From: a virus
Lineage: Duplodnaviria > Caudoviricetes
IMG/VR virus record: IMGVR_UViG_3300009068_000085
Coordinates: 1-37,889 of that record
Length of the DNA: 37,889 nucleotides
Direction: 5' to 3' (one strand)
This document shows positions 10,901 to 17,655 of the stretch, piece by piece. How positions within the stretch are numbered: position 1 is the stretch's first letter; every line of letters begins with the position of its first letter. Below the pieces are notes generated by a model. It made no database searches. It had not been told where the DNA came from and saw only the letters and a list, made by a program, of their open reading frames with translations. Both the position numbers and the translations under genes were made by a program.

Positions 10901-11612
10901 GATCCGGTGGAACGTCTTTAGCAATGAGTTCTCTATAAGCTTCTTCATAGGTATCTGTACCTACATCTGCACCTTGCATAACAGCGCCAGCGCCTAATGC
11001 TGCGCGGGTTCCAGCCTTCTGCGCCGCCAATTCAGCAGCTTCTCGTCCAACCCCTTTGGCGAGTTGTCCGCCAAGCACCACGCCCCGTCCAAGCCGCGCA
11101 GCAGCACCAACAGGCACCATGTTAGGTGCCATCTCTGCTAAGAAACTTGCTAGGAGAGCAGGGTCAGTGATAGTGGCAGCACCAGCAGCTTTGGCTTGCT
11201 CCCAAAGACCTTTGCTTTCTGCTTCTTGAATAAGCCGGTTTCGTTCTGCCTCTTTGGCCTTCAGAACATCAGACTTCTTGGATTCGGAGTATTCCTCAAG
11301 CTGTTTGCCAAGACTCTGTGCCCCAGACATTCCCGGCATGGCAGCGTTACCTGCACCCCTCACTAAAGCTTTCTTGGCTTCTTCTGCGTTTTGAGGAGGC
11401 CCTTGAGGGGTTTCCATATTCCCTGTAATCAGACCATATAGCTGACCCGGAACTTGCATTGTTTTGCCAATGCCGGAACCAACGCTTGCCGCAATATCGG
11501 TTGCGGCTTCACCCCAAGTGCGTTCCTTTGGGGCAAGTGCTTTGATGCCGCTATTTGGATTTTGGTACTGTTCCCAAGGTTTGGATTGGTATTGCTCCCA
11601 AGGACCAGCCAT
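1956..11612 (-). CDS. 3218-aa large polyvalent (probably virion-ejected) protein: metallopeptidase, HhH glycosylase-like, HDxxGH domain, GNAT-like, two ADP-ribosyltransferase-like domains, LPD38-like C-terminus
   Basis: HESIH (8781-8795) with EEAIAE; WY...SPQT...GPKVGPF..NL...VTVDKW; FRAVHDAFGHG...SETRGQN; GGRRIDAY...GFRPVARVEF; VHYG...RVYFY...AGYDGY; FKQWFGKSK...YHGT...QIKSATGNIGTF; NFSRRG...PFMNARIQG...PIPFELG. Confidence 0.85.
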   Translation of the reverse strand: MAGPWEQYQSKPWEQYQNPNSGIKALAPKERTWGEAATDIAASVGSGIGKTMQVPGQLYGLITGNMETPQGPPQNAEEAKKALVRGAGNAAMPGMSGAQSLGKQLEEYSESKKSDVLKAKEAERNRLIQEAESKGLWEQAKAAGAATITDPALLASFLAEMAPNMVPVGAAARLGRGVVLGGQLAKGVGREAAELAAQKAGTRAALGAGAVMQGADVGTDTYEEAYRELIAKDVPPDQAKQRALNLARASGLSAAAVSLLAQKLPGARRLEESFAGKAGVAGRAVGAVKTGLGEAYSEGFEEAGGAFGKNLAMRDINPEYDLTKGVGTAGALGAIGGVGLGGVAGALQRQEAPFKPEAPPIPEPTEPKAVEPLRLGYNPAVEDSVEKDPLQNPVGNLMPNELTPQIIRFVNNRRKEEGKPKLKAFSIEDLVESGAPPQEIDRLLAYKTQYTGDVKWSPEDVTNIAQQRNVDTETKGFTDFLRRATGQEDLAQMSQPQLHSAFKALEALEQSPELRVLPEGTNAVRFTDAQYAKGLKGVNFKLERTSAKEGETPSLGRTSVIQQIKDFTGLENDHDANVLLRTAIRNGDLESKRIPQYEVGKQEGDIFKLMYVSNSREAAKRGAAKLGDNYVVRDGFREDITFPGEITQLPGGPDVRMGTFKEGDQPEGYEIRAASDVNPTDVAKTEEEANRIAATYAEFREEEAKKLERKIAAFSKKILDNQNEVGRLKATGMGRTNEVAQLEASIYAENQGYVDSVNELKKELNRLREPLTVIPTKSVTPLVREGFTYFENDTAVASFPTQELADQFALQRLNNETLTNIANIGPTLKGARPKRLAKMAEAELASRGKTEPGIEVAFTGTEEEARERLAKLGIFSADVQSKVAELEKALLPALRKLGLERVALNIVREIENNAEGNYAAGVIKISLDNEPGNYLGVLRHESIHALKELGAFTAKEWAVLNKQAKEVWVPQYMKNRATEYKGKQTSLYDAYRDIYKRNKLKTGEITQEEFNNNDPKALAGFDEYIQEEAIAEAFRYWKPQAGFFGNMGYRLSKMFDAIKNAFKGLGFRTSDSVFKNIEAGKVREGTGQARQKRFSLKTKKPKSLEIIEGKSKPNLGKKVTVDTVGQYFDNIISQEFGGPLDYNNKEAYDRAVDIATKEVEYQLKQANSGLDWYEEDVKKAFEDTEKVIPELKSASKRQLFTIVAAIMSPQTNARDNWFIAAKAFKHYIDTGTMPGENPDTGGLWQGGTQSANKKKQLDFLNNMLQQLGEQATVDWITGDHTVREVNEYRRIYGGMGPGVSGKATDTASGFYAFGPKVGPFCSNLNGIYDVTVDKWMTRTFNRYFGTMVDGNGKIVDAPTEPQRRVVKRLVNEVAKNANVKNYQVQSLLWFFEQRLFRELGTAAPSYGFSDGGRKVLSELGRAKGNEPSGNAVENAEGRYSLRSTKPAVRPGGGVEENARRKRGFTGPSFEAPLQGAPSVPSIHGPDPRIVAVAEKVAARNGIPFKRQSEYVKVDPARGKRIADAYEEMKHDPQNPVVKEAYQNLIQQTKEQYQALVDAGYKFWFVDLDNPSNLDYISSPWNAMRDLRENQEMGVFATDDGFGSSDFDPKENPLFEQTEYEWPVGGLDGPKKKVLANDLFRAVHDAFGHGIEGAGFRADGEENAWQAHARLFTGSAVAAITSETRGQNSWVNFGPYAEANRTASGADTHYADQKVGLLPEWALTEGFSKDEPDFQELDPKKDAKMFRDAVDRVKRGRKHSFPLHVHDVDTYKNARLFLSEDKESGFALIGDEIGSFFSGGGGQAYPTLRFAVEQGGRRIDAYRTVMPTVLGKAGFRPVARVEFNPDFATEIWDYDKFKQFQNGKPDLVFFAYDPTFKGDGKEEAAKTPLVEYQQALDLQQQALKRSLLKPIVLGKQQEDAQTFNGVHYGKQKLSNLNGNMYGSGIRGEEAKRVARSFDSRIKKRVYFYVPNNLGNMNRPESGLGQHVYTQTFGNILGPSETMRRLHRENSEPNEFESAVIDAGYDGYAVPSMGMMVILNHNVPVKYEGLANELRAEGKLVNNKIKYSLRANPAQTETPEFKQWFGKSKIVNKEGEPKVMYHGTSRDITTFRPKQAGAIFVTDNPDFAHIFSGFSEKYMVKEFENKLSNEEKKQLLLEVLEKTKKELPQLTVKRLLDNINNSQTLYRGPGGFLTQAHFLNVPFGNNLVKEVQARLESRQNIMPVYVRAENPFDYKNEEHVNKIVNAVSRLSEKKQNELYDELGLEPIEKTRLLDFKNAIEDGVWEAIESPEVQKLIKKFGHDGFYVIEAKERNLAVYEPSQIKSATGNIGTFDINNPDIRYSIRANLPAATNARIDATTGQRKTEGFMDRILSIFNPDTRAKLRAGLIFQFEALERGTKARAAKYGNREYMADVSATAAALESMRSKQIVAAAMRDGVPVYRNGFTTTDNLNGTQKGLLDIFSPLAATGDPDVWRCFQFYAGSKRGARLDAEGREHLFTQADVQAANAMAAQFKRDGIDFDAVYKEYQKWNDALVKYMKDTGVLSAADAAYFTKFGDYIPFYRQMEGEDTVGPKIFSAIAGVQKPKALKGAGTYAVYDANGNKVGSYKNQNDANSRAAQINGTVRVEGIPLGDFLENVVRNASAAVDAGMKNVAANRGIRDALDLGTARQVNVPNQDSVSVKENGVTKHYELDDPLLFEAFKGLNVPRMPWLQLLAKPADVLRNFVTKDPGFILANIMRDSVSAWVTSGSDMKPVIDSFKQFGKILANQSPEAVAMAKAGLGGYEFKGSLKDSAEAFEKALRAKTGTRTTTEKALLPVTALWDMLEQGSNASDLATRAEIYKRTLAETGNEAEALFQASEVMNFSRRGNFQVTQIFTAIVPFMNARIQGLDVLYRSGFGQAANANKERMQKAFIVRSLSILVLSGLYWWMVHDDDEYKKLTKEERDGYWIVPGLTFNDKPFRFPIPFELGVLFKVFPERILEYTMGQDTEKDLRESITRNILDTLKFNPIPQAFIPIAENITNHSFFTGEKIVGRGLEDVAKPLQYTASTSLGARWLGEQTGMSPIQIDNVIRGYTGTMGMYAVNMLDSVFSSQGDPVKATTRAEQLPVIKRFFASDSGTVAQYYDLKDEVDEVVRTVNFLERNDPDKLEEYLKKNENTYMLKDFVRSIDKSMKQIREYRGAVNADKDMSGDEKRVILDELHQYEVALTADIKAIRKEFH

Positions 11613-12943
11613 TACAATTTCTCCCAGCTTGATGGGCTTCCGGGGTCACCCCCTTTAAACCGATAACCTCCTTGTATTGTACCAACAGCAGGTGCGCCCT
11701 TGGGCTTGGTACCAGACCTTTCATCCATCATTTTTTTGGCAATTTGCGGAATAAGTTCTGGCTTTAATGAACCCATAGGAGTCTTTGCTGCCATTTCATA
11801 GAAATCTTTTTCTGTAAGGCCTGTCTTTTCTCCAAACAGTCTTGCATACAAATCTGGGTTTTCTTTGGCTAGTTTTACCCGTAGCTCAAACTCACCCGGT
11901 TTACCTGCTTGAGCAGCAAGAGCGCGTTTATACAAAATCTCTACTGGTAACGTTTGTCTTTGAGCGTCTGCCAAACGGGTTTCAGTTGCTGCATCAGTTT
12001 CTGCTTTTCTCCTAGCAGCTTCAGCATTCATTGTTTGAGCCTGAACTTGATCACGTGTTTGACGAAGCTTGGCAACTTCCTGCATTGCCGCTTCTTCCTC
12101 TTTAACCTTCCCGGTAATCGCAGCATACCGAGCGCGGTTCATGGCTTCCTGTTCTTTAGCCCAGAGGGTGTGAAGGTCTGCCATCTTCATGGCATTTTGC
12201 TCGGCTTCTTTGCGCTGTTCGCCTTCCATCTTTGATGATGTATTTGCATATGAAGCCATCACATCGCCAAACTGTCGTGGTCCACCACCACCCATCGCCG
12301 CAAGGGAAGAAATAATCCTATCAGAGGCAGCACTCTTTTCGGCTTCCTTTTGTTTTGCCTCTATTTCGGCATAGCGGCGTTTTGCTTCTGCGTACGGGTC
12401 GTTTCCAAAACCATACTTGGCTTCGGCTTCCCTTTGTTTTTTCTCTGCCTCTTCTTCTGTTATCGGGGTTTTCAATCTGTAAGGGTCTGGTTCTCCACCT
12501 CCTGCAAACGCAATGATCCCACCAGAAGCAAAGTCATGGTGCATGTCTAAAGGGATGGACGTAAGACCGCCACCAGCCATCCCCGGTTGTGTAGGCAACG
12601 CAGGTTTAGGTTCCGGCATTTGCGGTTGCATAGGCTGCTGCAAAGGCTGCTGTGGCTGTTGTAAAGGCTGCTGTTGTGGTTGCTGTTGTGGTTGCTGTTG
12701 TGGTTGTTGTTCTTGTGGTTGTGCGCCGGGGGCAGCAGGTAGACCCATCAATTGAGCACCAAGCTGATCCTTTACAGTTTCTTGCGGAACTTGTGCAGGT
12801 GCTTGAATAGATTGCCTTCTTTGCATTTCTGCAAGGGCAACATAAGAAGGCACTTGAGGATTAGAGTTGTTTGCGTACTGCATCAACTGCGGGACAGTGA
12901 TAGCAGGATTCTTCAACTGCTCAGTGATTTGAATCAAGTTCAT
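11612..12943 (-). CDS. putative internal virion/ejection protein (Q/P-rich linker, coiled coils)
   Basis: Lies between the nozzle gene and the giant gene. Helical Ala/Glu/Lys-rich sequence with C-terminal GYRFKGGDP...WEK. TAATG coupling to the next gene. Confidence 0.65.
   Translation of the reverse strand: MNLIQITEQLKNPAITVPQLMQYANNSNPQVPSYVALAEMQRRQSIQAPAQVPQETVKDQLGAQLMGLPAAPGAQPQEQQPQQQPQQQPQQQPLQQPQQPLQQPMQPQMPEPKPALPTQPGMAGGGLTSIPLDMHHDFASGGIIAFAGGGEPDPYRLKTPITEEEAEKKQREAEAKYGFGNDPYAEAKRRYAEIEAKQKEAEKSAASDRIISSLAAMGGGGPRQFGDVMASYANTSSKMEGEQRKEAEQNAMKMADLHTLWAKEQEAMNRARYAAITGKVKEEEAAMQEVAKLRQTRDQVQAQTMNAEAARRKAETDAATETRLADAQRQTLPVEILYKRALAAQAGKPGEFELRVKLAKENPDLYARLFGEKTGLTEKDFYEMAAKTPMGSLKPELIPQIAKKMMDERSGTKPKGAPAVGTIQGGYRFKGGDPGSPSSWEKL
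12633..12722. repeat. coding microsatellite (CTGTTGTGGTTG)n encoding QQPQ repeats
   Basis: 12-bp unit at 12671, 12683 and 12695, with degenerate flanks. Confidence 0.85.
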
Positions 12944-14043
12944 TTGTGACCTCGCATCTTGTGCAGCAAATCAATCAATCCACCTTTGGCGTGGTCATTG
13001 TTATAGTCATAGCCCTCTGTTTCTATAGGGTCAATCATATATTCAGGCTCAGTTGATTCTGGTGGAGCGACAATATCGGGGTTTTCTTGTTCGTTAAGTT
13101 TTTCTAAATCAACGCTACCGGGGTTTTCTTGTTCGTTAAGTTTTTGCAACTCTTCAGGGGTCAATTCAGACAAATCGGTTTCGTTTTTAACCGAACCAGT
13201 AGGGTTTAATGAAATACCAAAGATACTTGCCAGTTTGTCAAGCGAGACGCCCATGCTTTTTGCCATGTCTGATATGTCTTTATAACCAAGATCTTTGGCA
13301 AACTTGGTAAGACCGGCAGTTCCAGCGCTTAGTTGCTGCAATGCGCTTTGCTTTTCTCCGTATTTAACTTGAGTCTTGGGCATTGTAGGAGCAAGCGCAG
13401 TGATGATCCCTTTCTGCATTTCAAGCTGTTCACCGGGATATTTAGTCTGACGCAACCAATCTTTGTATTGAGCGTCAAGAGCAGCTTGTTCTAGATCTTG
13501 CTGCGTTCCGCCTGCTGTAGAAAGCGCACTCAAGTTAGAACGCTGATTGCCTTGGTCAGCGTTAAACTGCGCCATAGCAGCGTTGTATGCTTTTTCATAT
13601 GCAGAGCCAGTGGTGGCTGCTTGCTGCCGCATCAACGATTCTTGGTTTAAACCTTGCAGAACGGCTTGTCGCGACCCACCAAAGGCCCCAGCTTGGGCCA
13701 ACTTAGCCAGATCGCCTTGCTGATTGATAGCGGCATTGCGCCTCATTAGATCCAATTGCGGATTTAATGAAGCCTCAATGTACGGGTTCATGTACTGCTC
13801 GGCTTGCTCTCTGCTGAATTTAGAGTTCTCAGGCAACGCCAAGTTAGATAACCCTTTCCAAGCTTGACTCTGGTACTCAGAAGGACCAGTTGTCAGTTTG
13901 CCCGTGTAAACAGGGGTTTCTGCTTTTGAGAAGGCTTGTCCACGCTTTAGAAGATCTTCCGTATACGGGGTTATCCCCGCAATAGAATCTTCTTGTTTGC
14001 TGCTTGGGGTGTTAGACAGCGATGGTTGAAGAACGTTAGGCAT
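12940..14043 (-). CDS. putative DNA ejection/pilot protein
   Basis: YMNPY...AGAFGGSRQ...AMAQFNADQ...GGTQQ...LDAQY motifs are typical of podovirus-like ejection proteins. Confidence 0.7.
   Translation of the reverse strand: MPNVLQPSLSNTPSSKQEDSIAGITPYTEDLLKRGQAFSKAETPVYTGKLTTGPSEYQSQAWKGLSNLALPENSKFSREQAEQYMNPYIEASLNPQLDLMRRNAAINQQGDLAKLAQAGAFGGSRQAVLQGLNQESLMRQQAATTGSAYEKAYNAAMAQFNADQGNQRSNLSALSTAGGTQQDLEQAALDAQYKDWLRQTKYPGEQLEMQKGIITALAPTMPKTQVKYGEKQSALQQLSAGTAGLTKFAKDLGYKDISDMAKSMGVSLDKLASIFGISLNPTGSVKNETDLSELTPEELQKLNEQENPGSVDLEKLNEQENPDIVAPPESTEPEYMIDPIETEGYDYNNDHAKGGLIDLLHKMRGHK
13077..13145. repeat. 27-bp exact direct repeat with 42-bp period (KLNEQENP x2)
   Basis: CGGGGTTTTCTTGTTCGTTAAGTTTTT at 13077 and 13119. 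Confidence 0.9.
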
Positions 14044-14045
14044 GT

Positions 14046-17000
14046 TTAAACCTTTGGCAGTAGCTTGTGCGGGTTGATCTGTTTGCCCTGTTTGGGGTTC
14101 CCGGTTCGCGCTTTTCTAATCTTTGCCATCATTTCGTACAGAACCTTTGCGCCAGACTCAGATGACCCGTTCCCAAGATGGGAAACAACGTCAGCGGGGA
14201 TTACAAACTCTTCGTTCGCAAGACGAGCGGGTTGCTTGTCTGCGATAGTGGCAGGGATGTCATCAGACATGCCGTCGCCGGGACCTTTGAGAAGATGACC
14301 ACCATCTGAGTAAGAACCTAGAGAATGGGAAGTAATACCCCCTTCTGCCATGCGCTTACGATGATTCATAAAGCCAACGATATGATGAACTGGTTCGCCC
14401 TTTCCTGCAAGATAGCTAACCTCTTTATGCGTCTTGTGATCAACCACATGACCACCCTTTCGCATATGCTGGATTGCCTGATTGGTTATTTCATCTTTAG
14501 AAAGCTGGCTTGCCATGATCCCAGAGTCAACCATCGTTGGTTTAAACATCTGTTCGTTAATGGACGTTAATCCGCCTTCGGCAAAAATTGTGTTCATATT
14601 TTCATCCGGGGTTTCTGGTTGGTTCCAATGGTTTCCGTAATACTTTTGACCATAAGCAACGCTATTTTCCGGCCCTTTAGTTTGTTGTGCATTCCAATCA
14701 AACTTATACCCACCAGTTAGATCAACCGGAGCCTTGGGCGTTTCTTCTTTCTTGTCTATTGAAGTGCCAGCAATAAGTCCGGCAATCAAAGATTCTAAAC
14801 CCGTTAGATCAAGTTTTGGTTTAGCGGGAGGCGAAACGGGTGGTTTTGGCGAAACGGGTGGTTTTGGCGAAATGGGTGGTTTTGGCGGAAAGATTGGTGG
14901 AACTTTTGGTGTAAGTTTTTTATCGGGGTCTTCGTCTGGGTTTAAAAGATATGGTTCTTTCGGTTTTTGTTCGTCAGGCTCTGCGCCCGGAGGAAGCTCT
15001 AGCTTTGAATAAGGGTCATCGGGGTTTAAAAGATAATCTTCTTCCGGCTTATCCTCGTCTGGACCTGCGCCGGGGGGAAGTTTTAAAGGCGCGTTTAAAT
15101 CAATTGGCGCGGTAACTGTAACAGTATCAAGAGTGCCGTCTGAGTCAAGCTCATCTGGCTCTCCTAAAGCAGCAAACTCTTGAGCGTTTAAATTTGTATA
15201 CGAACCATCTGGATTTTGAACTGACGCCCCGCCTTGGTCATTAAGAAAATATTCTTTTCCATCAATTTTTACGGTATTGGCGGTTTCAACATCAACATTA
15301 GCCGCACCGGGGTTTTCTTGGTCATATACTTTTTGCAATTCTTCGGGAGACAAAGAACTTAATCCACCATCAACACCAGCATCTTCAAGGTTGCTGTTTG
15401 TTAAATTTTTAATACCATCATCTTTAGCAACTTCTTTGTTTTCCACAACAGAAACGTTTCCTACAGCAGGGGGTAGTTCTGCAACATTATCTTTAGAAAT
15501 TAAACTGCCAATACCATTTTCATCTGCGCGTGTATCAACAAAAAGGTCTGCGCCTAATCCATTTTCATCTGCGCGAGTATCAATACTTTTAATCCCATCT
15601 TCAGCATTTGGGTCAGGGATATTTTTTAATTCATCAAGAGCAGAAGAACTAAATTGTTTGGCATCAATAATGCCTCCAATTCCAGTTACATCTGTCTCTT
15701 TAAAAGAACTTTTGGCAGCAGAACCAAACCCAGACATTAATCCAGCAGTTGCTGCCGTTTGAAAATCTCCGGTCTTTATAAATGATGCAGTGGCGGCACC
15801 AAGCCCTTTAGCTACATCTGCCCCTACAACTGAAGTTGCAGCGTCTCTAACGCCAACACTGGCCCCGCTGGCAAACGCATTTGTAAGAATTTGACTTGCA
15901 TCGCCTCCGCCTATAGCAGTGGATGTGCCAGCAGTAACAGCATCGGTTACAAACTTTGTGAGTTCAGCGCTAGCCCCGGCAGGCAATGCCCCGGCAGCAG
16001 CCCCCCCGGCAGCAGCACTAACAACACTACCAACAAGCGCCGTACCACCAGCTTTAAGAGCAGATTCAAAGTTTCCGGTTGTGGCGTAAGTTAACCCAGT
16101 GGTAAGCGCAGCAGTGCCTATACCAGCAGTAATTGCAGCAGTAGAAACGGCAACTCCAGTGGCTGATGTTATCCCTGCCGCGATTGTTGCGGCAATTTCC
16201 AATCCCGCTGCCGCGCTCCCGGCACCAAGAATTGCAGCACCTGTGGTTCCAGACCAGTCAAACGCAAGACTAGCAATAGCTAAAACAGGAAATGCAATTT
16301 CTCTTAATTGACTCTTTTGTCTTGGACTCCAATCCGGCGCAATAGAAACTTTCCCGTCTCTATCAGCCCTCAAACTAAAAAACAAATCTCCGCCAGATAT
16401 GCCGCCCTCCCCGTTTCCAAGCATTCCAAAACGATTAGCTGTTATTGGTTTGCCAGTGGTTTTATTTGTCCATTTTTCAGTATAGTCTCCTGTTGGGTAA
16501 CTTACTTCCCACATCACCCCACCGGGGTCCCATCCATTGTCACTAAAACTTGACTCTACAACTCTTTCATCACTTAACTTTGTAATGCCAGCAGGTGGAT
16601 TTCCATTCATGTCGTAAAGTCCTAATGGTTTGTCTCCATTAGGCCCACGGGTAGCAAACATATACCCAGTTTCTGTCATAGGTACTCTTTCATACCCAAT
16701 ATCTTTAAGAGAAGCAATCCCTTGGTTTGCCAAACCTTCTGCAATCTTTCGATATGCAGGCTCTTCTTTGCCTAGTTCTTTAACTAAATTATTTACTTTT
16801 GATTGGCGAGCTGCTTCTGCTTGTTGCCTAACAATCTCCGCTTGTTCCTCCGCATATCTTTGTCGTGAGTTTTCAATGTCTTCTGGAGTTGAAACTGGGT
16901 TTCCGGCAATTGATGCCATGTAGCGTGCGTATGCCGCGTCTTGTAGAGCCGAATTCGCGGCCTGCTCCTCCGCAGTTGGTGGTACGTAACCTTCAGGGTA

Positions 17001-17066
17001 ATCAATCCACCCATCGTCACGGTGGTAGTAACCGTATCTTGGATCGCCTACACGAGACTCATACAT
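14046..17066 (-). CDS. 1006-aa putative ejection protein with hydrophobic Ala/Gly membrane-inserting segment and C-terminal GPGDGMSD...EFVIPADVV domain
   Basis: Long uncharged A/G/T helices at about aa 255-450, acidic and Pro-rich linkers, and a C-terminal motif also known from tape-measure proteins. Confidence 0.7.
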   Translation of the reverse strand: MYESRVGDPRYGYYHRDDGWIDYPEGYVPPTAEEQAANSALQDAAYARYMASIAGNPVSTPEDIENSRQRYAEEQAEIVRQQAEAARQSKVNNLVKELGKEEPAYRKIAEGLANQGIASLKDIGYERVPMTETGYMFATRGPNGDKPLGLYDMNGNPPAGITKLSDERVVESSFSDNGWDPGGVMWEVSYPTGDYTEKWTNKTTGKPITANRFGMLGNGEGGISGGDLFFSLRADRDGKVSIAPDWSPRQKSQLREIAFPVLAIASLAFDWSGTTGAAILGAGSAAAGLEIAATIAAGITSATGVAVSTAAITAGIGTAALTTGLTYATTGNFESALKAGGTALVGSVVSAAAGGAAAGALPAGASAELTKFVTDAVTAGTSTAIGGGDASQILTNAFASGASVGVRDAATSVVGADVAKGLGAATASFIKTGDFQTAATAGLMSGFGSAAKSSFKETDVTGIGGIIDAKQFSSSALDELKNIPDPNAEDGIKSIDTRADENGLGADLFVDTRADENGIGSLISKDNVAELPPAVGNVSVVENKEVAKDDGIKNLTNSNLEDAGVDGGLSSLSPEELQKVYDQENPGAANVDVETANTVKIDGKEYFLNDQGGASVQNPDGSYTNLNAQEFAALGEPDELDSDGTLDTVTVTAPIDLNAPLKLPPGAGPDEDKPEEDYLLNPDDPYSKLELPPGAEPDEQKPKEPYLLNPDEDPDKKLTPKVPPIFPPKPPISPKPPVSPKPPVSPPAKPKLDLTGLESLIAGLIAGTSIDKKEETPKAPVDLTGGYKFDWNAQQTKGPENSVAYGQKYYGNHWNQPETPDENMNTIFAEGGLTSINEQMFKPTMVDSGIMASQLSKDEITNQAIQHMRKGGHVVDHKTHKEVSYLAGKGEPVHHIVGFMNHRKRMAEGGITSHSLGSYSDGGHLLKGPGDGMSDDIPATIADKQPARLANEEFVIPADVVSHLGNGSSESGAKVLYEMMAKIRKARTGNPKQGKQINPHKLLPKV
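14830..14887. repeat. 18-bp tandem repeat x3 (GGCGAAACGGGTGGTTTT) encoding PKPPVS
   Basis: Units at 14830, 14848 and 14866 (the last with 1 mismatch). Confidence 0.9.
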
Positions 17067-17068
17067 GA

Positions 17069-17323
17069 TTATTTTTCCCTAGCCATTTCGCCCATCGTGC
17101 CGATAGCCATCAGGATCATGTAGTTCTTTTCTGCTGGAAGTTCTTTTTCAGACAGATACCCAGCATCAATCATGCTCTTGCGGAACGTTCGATAAGCTTC
17201 ATTACTCCCAATTGCCTCAACAGCCAACTTACCAATCTGTTTCATTTTTGCAGCGTTTAAATCATTCTCCTCCATAAACATCTTGGTGTGTTTGATTAGT
17301 TCTTTACGGTCTGGTTGCTTCAT
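17069..17323 (-). CDS. hypothetical protein
   Basis: ATG at 17323, just after the upstream stop; fills the operon. Confidence 0.65.
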   Translation of the reverse strand: MKQPDRKELIKHTKMFMEENDLNAAKMKQIGKLAVEAIGSNEAYRTFRKSMIDAGYLSEKELPAEKNYMILMAIGTMGEMAREK

Positions 17324-17325
17324 GA

Positions 17326-17655
17326 TTAACCTACTTTCCAATTGGTTCCATCTGAATACACAGGCACCTTGGTTGCCCCGCCACCAGCTACCGTAGAACC
17401 AAATGTTGATACAGATGAATCAGTCACAAACGCTCTAGAGCCAATACCGGAGGTAACTGCACTGGGTAGATCGGCCACTGCTATTGGAACGTTAGCTTGT
17501 AACTGCCCTAAGATTTTATCAATCTGATTAAAATACAATCGAAGAACGTTGTTAAGCTGGTCAGCATAACGATAGTCATACTCAATTGGAGCATTGAGCA
17601 AACGTGGGGCAATAGCTTGAGAAAGTATCCTTTCTGAAGTGATGATGTAGCTCAT
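17326..17655 (-). CDS. conserved virion protein downstream of the nozzle gene
   Basis: APRL..AP.EY...Y.DQLNNVLRLYFNQID N-terminus and VPVYSDGTNW C-terminus; ATGA overlap. Confidence 0.7.
   Translation of the reverse strand: MSYIITSERILSQAIAPRLLNAPIEYDYRYADQLNNVLRLYFNQIDKILGQLQANVPIAVADLPSAVTSGIGSRAFVTDSSVSTFGSTVAGGGATKVPVYSDGTNWKVG

Noticed and set aside
12633-15583. Short direct repeats as a possible CRISPR array
   Set aside because: Only 2-3 copies each, periods are multiples of 3, they lie in frame inside CDSs, and there is no spacer array or cas gene.
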